From: Minisyncoccota bacterium
GTDB lineage: Bacteria; Patescibacteriota; Minisyncoccia; Phycocordibacterales; DAORIS01
DNA: 57,852 nucleotides
Assembly (NCBI GenBank): GCA_035438625.1
Contig: DAORIS010000005.1
Span: 1-57,852, forward strand
Reading direction: 5' to 3'
Positions within the stretch are counted from its first letter, which is position 1. Every line of letters starts with the position of its first letter. Shown here in pieces: positions 49,851 to 57,852 of this stretch. The notes beneath the pieces are model-generated. The model worked only from the letters and a program-made list of their open reading frames with translations, was not told the DNA's origin and made no database searches. The translations under genes and the position numbers were made by a program.

Positions 49851-51947
49851 GTGAAATTCAATCTCAAAAGCCAATTTAAGCCAGGTGGAGACCAGCCACA
49901 AGCAATCAAGAAACTTGTGAGTGGTTTACGTAATGGAGACAAACACCAGACACTCTTGGGGGTAACTGGTTCTGGTAAGACATTTACTGCTGCCAACATT
50001 ATCCAGGAGATGCAGAAGCCTACACTTGTTATTGCGCACAATAAGACTCTTGCAGCCCAGCTTGCGCAAGAGTATCGGGAATTCTTTCCGGATAACGCGG
50101 TTCACTACTTCGTCTCGTACTATGACTACTACCAGCCAGAAGCGTACATGCCGGTAACTGACACGTATATTGAAAAGGAAGCGCAGATTAACGAAGAGAT
50201 CGAACGACTCCGTCACGCCTCTACTCAGTCTCTTTTAACTCGAAGGGATACCATTGTGGTGGCATCAGTATCCTGTATTTATGGTCTTGGTAGTCCTGAA
50301 AATTATGAGCGTGTAAATATGCGCGTGGAAAAGGGAATGAAAGTGACACGTGCTGACTTTATCCGCCGCCTCATTGATATTCATTATGAACGAACCCCGG
50401 CTGACCTTTCATCTGGAATGTTTCGAGCAATTGGATCCTTTGTAGAAGTGATGCCGGTATCTGAAACAGAAATTTACCGAATTGAACTTGTTGATGATGT
50501 GATCCAGACAATTGAAATTCTAGACTCTATTACCCGAGAAAAGAAAGGAACACCGGATGCATTCTTCATTTTCCCAGCAAAACACTTCATCACCGGTGAA
50601 GAAGACCGAGAGCGTGCAATTCGAACAATTAAGGCTGAGCTCGATGAGCGACTCAAAGAGTATGCAGGAATGGAAGGAAAGCTACTTGAAGCAGAGCGTA
50701 TAAAGCGTCGTACGTCATATGACCTCGCAATGATCAAGGAAGTAGGATATTGCTCAGGTATTGAAAACTACTCACGGCACTTCTCGGGAAAAATGGCAGG
50801 TGAACCGCCTGACACATTACTTTCATATTTCCCAAAGGATAAGGATGGTAATCCTGATTGGTTACTAATTATCGATGAATCCCACGTAACAATTCCACAG
50901 ATCCAAGGAATGTATGCAGGAGATCAGTCTCGAAAAAATACTCTTATCGAGCACGGCTTTAGACTTCCATCTGCGAGAGACAACCGACCACTCAAGTTTG
51001 CAGAGTTTGAAGAGCGTATGCCACAGGCGGTGTACACATCAGCTACACCAGGCCCTTATGAGAAAACTCATAGTACTCAGGTTGCGGAGCAAGTTATTCG
51101 ACCTACTGGACTTATCGATCCTCAGTTGGTCATCAAACCGGTTGTTCAAAATGGAGACTATCCAGGACAAGTTAAAGATTTTATTGAAGAAGCAGAGAAG
51201 ACAATTAAAAAAGGTGACCGTGTCATTGCGACAACCCTTACAAAAAAGATGGCTGAAGACTTGGCCGAATACTTAAAAGAAAAGAAAATCAAGTCAGAAT
51301 ATTTACATAGTGACATTAAAACAATTGAGCGCATTCAGATCTTGAGTAAATTTCGAAAAGGGGAGTTTGATTGTATTGTTGGAGTTAACTTACTTAGAGA
51401 AGGATTGGATCTTCCTGAAGTATCACTCATTGGAATTTTGGATGCTGACAAAGAAGGATTCCTCCGATCAGAGACGTCACTTATCCAAACAATTGGTCGT
51501 GCCGCACGAAACGTTGATGGTCGGGTAATCCTCTACGCTGATCATATGACTGGATCACTTGATCGTGCTATTGCAGAAACCAATCGTCGTCGCGAAATAC
51601 AACTTGCGTACAACAAAGAGCATGGTATCACTCCCAAAACCATTAAAAAGAAGATTTCTGACATTACAGAGCACCTTGCTTCAGCACATGATAAGACTGT
51701 GTCTCAACTATTGAAGTTTGATGAGAAGCGTTTTAGTAGCGACCCTGAAAAACTCATAAAAGAGAAGACTTCTCAAATGAATGATGCCGTGAAGATGCTT
51801 GATTTCGAGACGGCAGCTATCCTTCGAGATGAGATTTACGCCCTAGAAACAAGGCTATACGGGGGAAAAGAGGCTAAAAAGAAGCGTGAAACAAAGGCAA
51901 AGGAAGCTTCCGATATCCACAATAAGGATGAGGATATTGACAACTAG
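49851..51947 (+). CDS. uvrB: excinuclease ABC subunit B
   Basis: GDQPQAI, GVTGSGKTFT, YYDYYQPEAY, DESHVT, C-terminal UVR domain (MLDFETAAILRDEIYALE). GTG start directly after the tgt stop. Confidence 0.92.
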   Translation: MKFNLKSQFKPGGDQPQAIKKLVSGLRNGDKHQTLLGVTGSGKTFTAANIIQEMQKPTLVIAHNKTLAAQLAQEYREFFPDNAVHYFVSYYDYYQPEAYMPVTDTYIEKEAQINEEIERLRHASTQSLLTRRDTIVVASVSCIYGLGSPENYERVNMRVEKGMKVTRADFIRRLIDIHYERTPADLSSGMFRAIGSFVEVMPVSETEIYRIELVDDVIQTIEILDSITREKKGTPDAFFIFPAKHFITGEEDRERAIRTIKAELDERLKEYAGMEGKLLEAERIKRRTSYDLAMIKEVGYCSGIENYSRHFSGKMAGEPPDTLLSYFPKDKDGNPDWLLIIDESHVTIPQIQGMYAGDQSRKNTLIEHGFRLPSARDNRPLKFAEFEERMPQAVYTSATPGPYEKTHSTQVAEQVIRPTGLIDPQLVIKPVVQNGDYPGQVKDFIEEAEKTIKKGDRVIATTLTKKMAEDLAEYLKEKKIKSEYLHSDIKTIERIQILSKFRKGEFDCIVGVNLLREGLDLPEVSLIGILDADKEGFLRSETSLIQTIGRAARNVDGRVILYADHMTGSLDRAIAETNRRREIQLAYNKEHGITPKTIKKKISDITEHLASAHDKTVSQLLKFDEKRFSSDPEKLIKEKTSQMNDAVKMLDFETAAILRDEIYALETRLYGGKEAKKKRETKAKEASDIHNKDEDIDN

Positions 51948-51965
51948 GTAAATTAGGGTTACATT
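51937..51965 (+). promoter_or_regulatory. candidate promoter overlapping the uvrB stop
   Basis: TTGACA (51937-51942), 17-nt spacer, TACATT (51960-51965). The predicted start coincides with the first base of the hairpin at 51973. Confidence 0.4.
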
Positions 51966-51972
51966 CAGGTCG

Positions 51973-51999
51973 GAAGTACGACGTTCGTACCTCATTTTT
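51973..51999 (+). terminator. hairpin + U-tract (uvrB terminator and/or 5' hairpin of the csrA-like mRNA)
   Basis: gaagtacga-cgt-tcgtacctc (one mismatch) followed by ATTTTT. Lies 24 nt before the csrA-like ATG. Confidence 0.55.
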
Positions 52000-52022
52000 C
52001 ATCGGCTTTGCAAGGAGATCCT

Positions 52023-52361
52023 ATGCTAGTGCTCACACGCAAGGTCGGTGAGGTGATTGTGGTTGGTGATGATGTCAACATAGAAGTTTTGGAGATTATA
52101 GGCGACAAGGTTCGCATACAAATCTCAGGACACATCTCGAAAGAGATGAAGTTGGGAATCGATGAGGTCTACTCCATCGATTGTTTCCAGATAATGCTTG
52201 TTGACATTCGTGGTGACGAAAAAGTTCGGTTAGGCATCACTGCCCCGATAACCGTTGCCATCCATCGTCTTGAGGTGTACATGCGGATAAAACGAGAGAA
52301 TAAGGGTAAGAAATTACCACCTGATCCAATAGATCCGCCCCCAACATGTTTGTGTGCGTAA
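52023..52361 (+). CDS. CsrA/RsmA-like RNA-binding protein with an internal ~35-40-aa insertion/duplication
   Basis: AAGGAG 5 nt upstream. The N-terminus MLVLTRKVGEVIVVGDDVNIEVLEIIGDKVRI and the C-terminal KVRLGITAPITVAIHRLEVYMRIKRENK match CsrA. Total length is 112 aa, against about 60-75 aa normally. Confidence 0.65.
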   Translation: MLVLTRKVGEVIVVGDDVNIEVLEIIGDKVRIQISGHISKEMKLGIDEVYSIDCFQIMLVDIRGDEKVRLGITAPITVAIHRLEVYMRIKRENKGKKLPPDPIDPPPTCLCA

Positions 52362-52390
52362 TGAATAGGCGTCTGGAGGGGCGCCACCCA

Positions 52391-52430
52391 TGGCTTCAAG
52401 AGTTGTAGTACACACTTGAGGCCATTTTTT
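52391..52430 (+). terminator. intrinsic terminator
   Basis: tggcttcaag ... cttgaggcca (10 bp including one G-U) followed by T6. Confidence 0.75.
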
Positions 52431-52507
52431 ATACCCAAAACACGTAGATGTATTTTGATTATTTGCTCATTTTTTGATATACTGTACGGACGTTCACTAA
52501 ATCTCTC

Positions 52508-55135
52508 ATGGCACAAAAAACAGAATTTGTTCACCAATATGGCAAACCTGAAGATCGCGACAAGATTGTTGTTAAAGGTGCCCGTACTCATAACTTAAAA
52601 AACGTAACAGTTGAGATGCCCCGAAACAAAATGGTGGTATTTACTGGTCTTTCTGGATCTGGTAAGTCATCTTTGGCATTCGATACTATCTTTGCTGAAG
52701 GTCAGCGCCGTTACGTTGAGTCCCTTTCTTCATATGCTCGCCAGTTCCTGCGACAAATGCAGAAGCCTGACGTTGATGAAATAACCGGTCTTTCACCGGC
52801 TATTTCTATTGACCAGAAGTCTCGTTCAAATAACCCACGTTCAAACGTAGCAACAATCACTGAGATCTATGACTATCTCCGGTTGCTCTATGCGCGCATT
52901 GGAAAGCCTCACTGTTTGGTCTGCGGTCGTGAGATTAAGAAGTTGTCTCAAGAAGAAATTATGGCAACGATTCTTGAATCAGTTGCAAAAATTTCGACAT
53001 CTGGAAAAGGAAAGAAGGAAGTCATGGGTGTTAAGTATTCTGATGCAAAACTCGCAATCTACGCTCCTGTTGTAGTTGGACGAAAGGGTGAGTATTACCA
53101 AATGCTCTATGACTATCTTGGAAAGGGATACGAGCGCGCACTTGTTGATGGAGAAGAGAAGAAACTTCGAGAGCAGATTACACTTGATAAAAACAAGAAA
53201 CACGACATCGACATTTTGATCGATGAGTTTTTCGTATCTCAACTTCAAAGTGATAGTAAGGACATGAAGGAGCGACTTTCTGAGGCTCTTGAACGATCTC
53301 TCACTGAATCTAATGGATTAATCCGTATTAAAACTGGTGATGAAGAACGTTTGATCTCAGCAAAGTTTATGTGTCCGTACGATGGATTTGCGTATCCTGA
53401 AATCGAACCTCGACTATTTTCTTTCAACTCACCATACGGAGCATGTCCAACATGTAACGGACTTGGTACAAAGTATTTTATGGGAGAAGACCCATGTGAG
53501 ACATGTGGAGGAGCACGACTTCGCCAAGAAGCACTCCATGTATTTATTGGTGGAGAGGACAGTGGTATTGAAAAAATTAATATTCATAGCCTCATATCAA
53601 AGTCAGTTGAAGATGTATTTGATTTTTTTGAATCCCTCAAACTCACAACATCTGAAAAAATTATTTCAAAAGTTATCCTTCGAGAAATCCAGTCACGACT
53701 TCAATTCATGCTCGACGTTGGTATTGAATACTTAACACTCGATCGTCGCGCACATACACTTTCTGGAGGAGAATCACAACGTATTCGCTTGGCATCACAA
53801 TTAGGATCGGGTCTCGTGGGGGCACTCTACGTACTTGATGAACCAACCATTGGACTTCACCAGAGAGATAACGATCGTTTGATTAAAACACTTACAAGTC
53901 TTCGTGATGCAGGAAACACCATTATTGTCGTTGAACACGATGAGGACACTATCTTTGCTTCTGACTATCTTGTAGATATTGGACCAGGCGCTGGAGTTGC
54001 TGGAGGTGAAATTGTAGTAGCTGACTATTTAGATAAACTTCTTACTGCAAAGAAAAACGATTCAGGATCATTAACACTCGCGTACTTGCGTGGTGAAAAG
54101 GTTGTTGAAATTCCAGAGCGTAGAACAAAGGAGGCTGGAAAGATTATCATCCGCAATGGAAATGCATTTAACATCAAAGGACTCAACGCAGAAATTCCAC
54201 TTGGAAAGCTTGTGTGTATCACTGGCGTTTCTGGATCAGGAAAGTCTACATTTATGTACGAGATCGTGCATAAGAATCTCCAAGCTCGTCTTGAACGAAA
54301 GTACCGTTCGAATGAAATGATCAATTGCTCAAGCTTTACTGGTAGCGAATACGTATCACGTACAATTTTAATTGACCAATCAGCCATTGGACGAACTCCA
54401 CGATCAAACCCTGCAACATACACTGGTTCATGGACTTTTATTCGTGATATGTTTGCATCAAGTAGCGAAGCGCGTGCACGTGGCTGGAAAGCAAACCGAT
54501 TCTCATTTAACGTAAAAGGAGGACGATGTGAAGCTTGCCAAGGAAACGGTGAAATTGCAGTTGAAATGAGTTTCCTCCCAACGGTATATGTTCCTTGTGA
54601 GGTGTGTGGTGGAACTCGATTCATGAAAGAGACTCTCGAGGTGAAATACAAGAAGAAGAGTATTTACGATGTCCTTAAAATGACTGTTGATGAGGCACTA
54701 AAATTCTTTGAGGATATTCCTGCAATTCATGACCGACTACAATCACTTAATGAAGTGGGTCTTGGATACCTCGAACTTGGTCAATCCGCAACAACACTCT
54801 CAGGCGGAGAAGCGCAACGCGTAAAAATCTCTTCTGAGTTATATCGACCACATACTCAAAAGACAATCTATCTTATGGATGAGCCAACTATCGGACTCCA
54901 CTACGAAGATGTTCGAAAACTAATTGAAATTTTGCAGAAGTTGGTTGATAAAGGAAATACAGTACTTGTCATTGAACACAATATAGATTTGATTAAATCA
55001 TCTGATCACATTATCGACATTGGTCCACTTGGAGGAGTGGGTGGTGGACAAATCGTTGCAAAGGGAACTCCAGAAGAAGTTGCACGAAATGCAAAAAGCT
55101 ATACGGGTCAGTATTTGAAGAAACATCTGAAGTAG
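52508..55135 (+). CDS. uvrA: excinuclease ABC subunit A
   Basis: Two ABC modules (GLSGSGKSS / GVSGSGKST; [12 protein letters not shown] / [12 protein letters not shown]) and zinc-finger cysteine pairs (CLVCG, CPTCNG, CEACQG, CEVCGG). Confidence 0.92.
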   Translation: MAQKTEFVHQYGKPEDRDKIVVKGARTHNLKNVTVEMPRNKMVVFTGLSGSGKSSLAFDTIFAEGQRRYVESLSSYARQFLRQMQKPDVDEITGLSPAISIDQKSRSNNPRSNVATITEIYDYLRLLYARIGKPHCLVCGREIKKLSQEEIMATILESVAKISTSGKGKKEVMGVKYSDAKLAIYAPVVVGRKGEYYQMLYDYLGKGYERALVDGEEKKLREQITLDKNKKHDIDILIDEFFVSQLQSDSKDMKERLSEALERSLTESNGLIRIKTGDEERLISAKFMCPYDGFAYPEIEPRLFSFNSPYGACPTCNGLGTKYFMGEDPCETCGGARLRQEALHVFIGGEDSGIEKINIHSLISKSVEDVFDFFESLKLTTSEKIISKVILREIQSRLQFMLDVGIEYLTLDRRAHTLSGGESQRIRLASQLGSGLVGALYVLDEPTIGLHQRDNDRLIKTLTSLRDAGNTIIVVEHDEDTIFASDYLVDIGPGAGVAGGEIVVADYLDKLLTAKKNDSGSLTLAYLRGEKVVEIPERRTKEAGKIIIRNGNAFNIKGLNAEIPLGKLVCITGVSGSGKSTFMYEIVHKNLQARLERKYRSNEMINCSSFTGSEYVSRTILIDQSAIGRTPRSNPATYTGSWTFIRDMFASSSEARARGWKANRFSFNVKGGRCEACQGNGEIAVEMSFLPTVYVPCEVCGGTRFMKETLEVKYKKKSIYDVLKMTVDEALKFFEDIPAIHDRLQSLNEVGLGYLELGQSATTLSGGEAQRVKISSELYRPHTQKTIYLMDEPTIGLHYEDVRKLIEILQKLVDKGNTVLVIEHNIDLIKSSDHIIDIGPLGGVGGGQIVAKGTPEEVARNAKSYTGQYLKKHLK

Positions 55136-55165
55136 GGGGGTGGTTTGGTAGTATAAAACTATCGT

Positions 55166-56536
55166 ATGACTATCGAAGATTTTGAAAAAATCGGTTTACC
55201 AGACGTTCCTGGTATATATAAATTTACGGACGCATCCGGGAAGATTTTGTATATCGGAAAAGCAACATCACTTCGATCGCGTGTTCGTAGCTATTTTAAC
55301 CATGATGTCATCGCTACTCGTGGTCGACACATCGTCGACATGGTCACTCTTTCAAAAACGGTGGATTATGAGGTGACTCCATCAGTGCTTGAAGCGTTGA
55401 TTATGGAAGCAAATCTCATTAAAGAACATCTTCCTAAATACAACTCACAACAAAAAGACAATAAGAGCTATAACTTTGTTGTTATTACCAACGAAAAATT
55501 CCCAAAACTCCTCACTGTTCGTGGGCGGACACTTTCCATGACGTTTCCAAAAAAGTCTGTGAAATATTCCTTTGGACCGTTTCCAAATGGAGGGTCACTT
55601 AGAGAAGCGTTAAAAATTATCAGAAAGATTTTTCCATATAGAGACGATAAATGTGTTCCGGCAGAAACACAGCTTGAAGGCGGTAAAACGACACCTAAAC
55701 CCTGCTTTAACAGACAGATTGGCCTTTGTCCTGGAGTATGTACTGGTGAGGTAAACGCAGAGGAATACGGACGAAATGTAAGACACCTTGTACTATTTTT
55801 CAGTGGCAAAAAGAAGCAACTAATTGAAATACTTGAAAAAGATATGCGTAGTGCCGCAAAAGAACAGCGCTTTGAAGAGGCTGGCCGTATTAAGCGCTCA
55901 ATCTATTCTCTTGATCACATTAACGACATAGCAATCATCAAGCGTGATGATGTAGATGACAAGCCAATGATGGAGCGAGAAAAATTAGGAGAAGACTTTT
56001 CTGATCCAGATGAAGAGATTCAGTATGATCCTGAAGTGGCAGATGAAATGCGAAGGAACAATGGAAATGTATTTCGTATTGAAGCGTATGACATCGCGCA
56101 CATGTCAGGAAAAGAACAGGTTGGGGTAATGGTTGTTGTTGAGAATGGCATTGTTGAAAAGAGTTGGTATCGAAAATTCAAAATTCGTACACAACGTGGT
56201 TCAAATGATGTTGGTGCACTCGCTGAAGTGGTTAAGCGTCGTCTTAAGCACGATGAGTGGCCAATGCCAAATTTAATTATCATGGACGGTGCACAACCAC
56301 AAAGAAATGCAGCCGTTGAAGCAGTTATAGAAGCGGGACTTGAGGAGAAGGGGATTGTTATTGCAGCTGTTGTGAAAGACCGATCACACAAGGCAAAGGG
56401 GATACTTACCGATGGAAGTGAAAATGCGGAAAAAATTGCGATGGATCACAAATCAAGCATTCTTTTGGCTAATGCTGAGGCACATAGGTTTGCGATTGCA
56501 TACCATCGGTCACTGCGTAATAAGCTATTTAAATAA
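55166..56536 (+). CDS. uvrC: excinuclease ABC subunit C, short form (no C-terminal HhH2 region visible)
   Basis: GIY-YIG (PGIYKFTDASGKILYIGKATSLRSRVRSYF), UVR domain (QRFEEAGRIKRSIYSL), and an RNase-H-like endonuclease domain (IEAYDIAHMSGKEQVGVMVV). 456 aa. Confidence 0.85.
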   Translation: MTIEDFEKIGLPDVPGIYKFTDASGKILYIGKATSLRSRVRSYFNHDVIATRGRHIVDMVTLSKTVDYEVTPSVLEALIMEANLIKEHLPKYNSQQKDNKSYNFVVITNEKFPKLLTVRGRTLSMTFPKKSVKYSFGPFPNGGSLREALKIIRKIFPYRDDKCVPAETQLEGGKTTPKPCFNRQIGLCPGVCTGEVNAEEYGRNVRHLVLFFSGKKKQLIEILEKDMRSAAKEQRFEEAGRIKRSIYSLDHINDIAIIKRDDVDDKPMMEREKLGEDFSDPDEEIQYDPEVADEMRRNNGNVFRIEAYDIAHMSGKEQVGVMVVVENGIVEKSWYRKFKIRTQRGSNDVGALAEVVKRRLKHDEWPMPNLIIMDGAQPQRNAAVEAVIEAGLEEKGIVIAAVVKDRSHKAKGILTDGSENAEKIAMDHKSSILLANAEAHRFAIAYHRSLRNKLFK

Positions 56537-56539
56537 GAA

Positions 56540-56567
56540 TTGACAAAAATTCCGGCAAGACTATAAT
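56540..56567 (+). promoter_or_regulatory. near-consensus sigma70-type promoter
   Basis: TTGACA (56540-56545), 16-nt spacer, TATAAT (56562-56567), starting 4 nt after the uvrC stop. Confidence 0.6.
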
Positions 56568-56573
56568 TACTCA

Positions 56574-56737
56574 GTACGTTCTTTTCTCGATTCAATTGTT
56601 TGTTGTTAGACCTCGGTCTCACAATTTCCCGTTGATTCAAGAAGAATTTTCGGCTCGGCTGCTCGCTGCGAACTGCCACCATGTTATCTTCTCCCTCTTT
56701 GACGATTCGGGAAGAAGTGACTGGTGGCAGTTTTTTT
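56574..56737 (+). promoter_or_regulatory. candidate cis-regulatory leader RNA / small RNA ending in a terminator
   Basis: Runs from the predicted start (~56574) to the T7 run at 56731-56737. Contains a 5' hairpin (ttgttagac-ctcg-gtctcacaa, ~56607-56632) and a long terminator stem. Confidence 0.4.
56673..56737 (+). terminator. long intrinsic terminator
   Basis: Outer stem ctgccacca/tggtggcag, inner stem cttctccc/gggaagaag, then T7. Lies 56 nt upstream of the Ddl-like ATG. Confidence 0.75.
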
Positions 56738-56792
56738 ATCTCAACTTTTTTCACTGTACATATCGGTCACATTGTGAAGTGGATGTATACTT

Positions 56793-57758
56793 ATGGTAAT
56801 GGACAGAGTTCTTGACCCGACAACAATTGCAGTTATCCGTGGTGGAAACTTACACCACAACCACTCCTTAAAAACAGGCAGTACATTTCTACATGCATTA
56901 CGTTCGTTCTTTTCAAAAAAGCAGCAAAGCGACGCTGCTATTAAAGATATCTATATTAATAAAGAAGGAAATTGGCATGTGTCAGGTTTTAAATCGGAAC
57001 CACACGAAGCCCTCCGGGGTGTTAATTTGGTTGTAAACGCTATGCATGGTGAGTACGGTGCAGATGGAAAGCTTCAACGACTACTTGAGTCACTTGGAAT
57101 CCTATATACCGGCTCTGGAGCTTCCGAGTCAGCAATTTCAGCGCATCATGGCTGGCTCAAACGATCACATGCACAAAACGGATTCCAATCACCACGACAC
57201 CTATTGCTTTCAAGTGAAGATGATCCGCGAGAACGTGCTTCATATATCTTTAATCACTTTCATATGCCAGTTGTGCTTTTACCAACACGGTTTGGAAGGC
57301 GTAACGAAGCAAAGTTTGAGCAACGATATGATTTATTATCAAATACGATTGCCGACTTTATCGTAAAACATGGCACGGCAGTTGTTGAAGAATATATTAG
57401 TGGAAAACAGGTGTTTGTGCCGGTTATTGAGCAATTTAGAGAAAAGGAGCACTATACTCCAGTCATTATTGAAGAGAAATTAAGTGACGGTTCTTTCGTT
57501 CAAATCCAAGGTTTATCCGATGAGTTAAAACAAAAGCTTTCTCTTGAAGCAATACGGGCACATAAAGAATTGGGATATCGGCATGTTTCTCAGCAGAAGT
57601 TTATCGTCACCGCAAGAGGAAAAACATATCTTATTGATTCTGAAAGTCATCCACAAATTCATGCAGAAAGTCCTATTGGAGTAGCGTTTTCTGCAGTGGG
57701 TGCAGAGCCTGAAGTGGTAGCTATGCATATAGCTGATCTTGCTCTTGGCGGGAGATGA
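56793..57758 (+). CDS. D-alanine--D-alanine ligase-family (ATP-grasp) protein, divergent
   Basis: Colinear with Ddl (TIAVIRGG ... NAMHGEYGADGKLQRLLESLGILYTGSG ... VVEEYISG ... YLIDSESHPQ). Several canonical ATP/Mg/substrate residues appear substituted (see findings). Confidence 0.65.
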   Translation: MVMDRVLDPTTIAVIRGGNLHHNHSLKTGSTFLHALRSFFSKKQQSDAAIKDIYINKEGNWHVSGFKSEPHEALRGVNLVVNAMHGEYGADGKLQRLLESLGILYTGSGASESAISAHHGWLKRSHAQNGFQSPRHLLLSSEDDPRERASYIFNHFHMPVVLLPTRFGRRNEAKFEQRYDLLSNTIADFIVKHGTAVVEEYISGKQVFVPVIEQFREKEHYTPVIIEEKLSDGSFVQIQGLSDELKQKLSLEAIRAHKELGYRHVSQQKFIVTARGKTYLIDSESHPQIHAESPIGVAFSAVGAEPEVVAMHIADLALGGR

Positions 57759-57778
57759 TGTAATATACGTACCTGTAC

Positions 57779-57851
57779 GGGCCCCTAGCTCATCTGGTAG
57801 AGCGCCTCACTTGCACTGAGGAGGCGAGCGGTTCGAGTCCGCTGGGGTCCA
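57779..57851 (+). tRNA. tRNA-Ala (anticodon UGC)
   Basis: Acceptor GGGCCCC/GGGGTCC with the G3:U70 alanine identity pair. D arm GCTC-ATCTGGTA-GAGC. Anticodon arm CCTCA-CTTGCAC-TGAGG. T arm AGCGG-TTCGAGT-CCGCT. Discriminator A. The window ends one nt later. Confidence 0.9.
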
Positions 57852-57852
57852 C

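Noticed and set aside
56446-56799. ORFs 56596..56799 (+, 67 aa) and 56446..56754 (-, 102 aa) in the uvrC / Ddl-like gap; also T-box identity for the leader
   Set aside because: Both ORFs run straight through a promoter and a long terminator hairpin and lack start signals. No specifier-loop / T-box consensus (GGGTGGTACCGCG-like) is visible.
1-57852. Alternative genetic code (UGA recoding, as in some candidate phyla), diversity-generating retroelement, prophage or integrative element next to the tRNA genes
   Set aside because: Conserved proteins are full length under the standard code, and TGA terminates genes at family-typical positions (for example 16100-16102). No reverse transcriptase, integrase, transposase or template/variable repeat pair is visible.

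Overview
AT-rich, very gene-dense bacterial chromosomal segment: about 65 CDS, 2 tRNAs, and no rRNA, CRISPR array, transposase or integrase that I can see. Housekeeping genes are serS (5' partial), a Dus-family gene, RNase J, secG, dnaX, class II ribonucleotide reductase, tgt, uvrB/uvrA/uvrC, a Ddl-like ATP-grasp gene, tRNA-Gln(CUG) and tRNA-Ala(UGC). Accessory genes include a MacAB-like adaptor/permease/ATPase set, an ABC-2 exporter, an Ada-like/AlkA alkylation-repair pair, tandem M14 carboxypeptidases, a polyprenyl-phosphate-sugar synthase next to a PMT-type glycosyltransferase, and many membrane-anchored or secreted ORFans. Small genes, rare Shine-Dalgarno sites, a VirB2/TrbC-like pilin, a SWIB protein and orphan surface proteins would fit a Patescibacteria/CPR-type genome, but that is inference only. 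No recognisable named defence or mobile system is present. The leads I rank highest are: (1) a CsrA-like gene with an internal strand duplication, sitting as its own transcription unit inside the uvrB-uvrA-uvrC cluster; (2) a near-consensus promoter followed by a ~100-nt leader and a long intrinsic terminator, upstream of a Ddl-like gene whose catalytic residues look degenerate; (3) a translationally coupled pair of an ORFan with weak SET-like motifs and a stand-alone Clp-N-domain protein; (4) a group of three ORFans divergent from a PIF1/RecD-type helicase; (5) a promoter / 33-nt palindromic hairpin plus U-tract / strong-SD leader in front of another ORFan; (6) a two-cysteine CLPH...EC domain present three times in two membrane-anchored proteins. 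All functional calls come from reading motifs by eye; no database search was possible.
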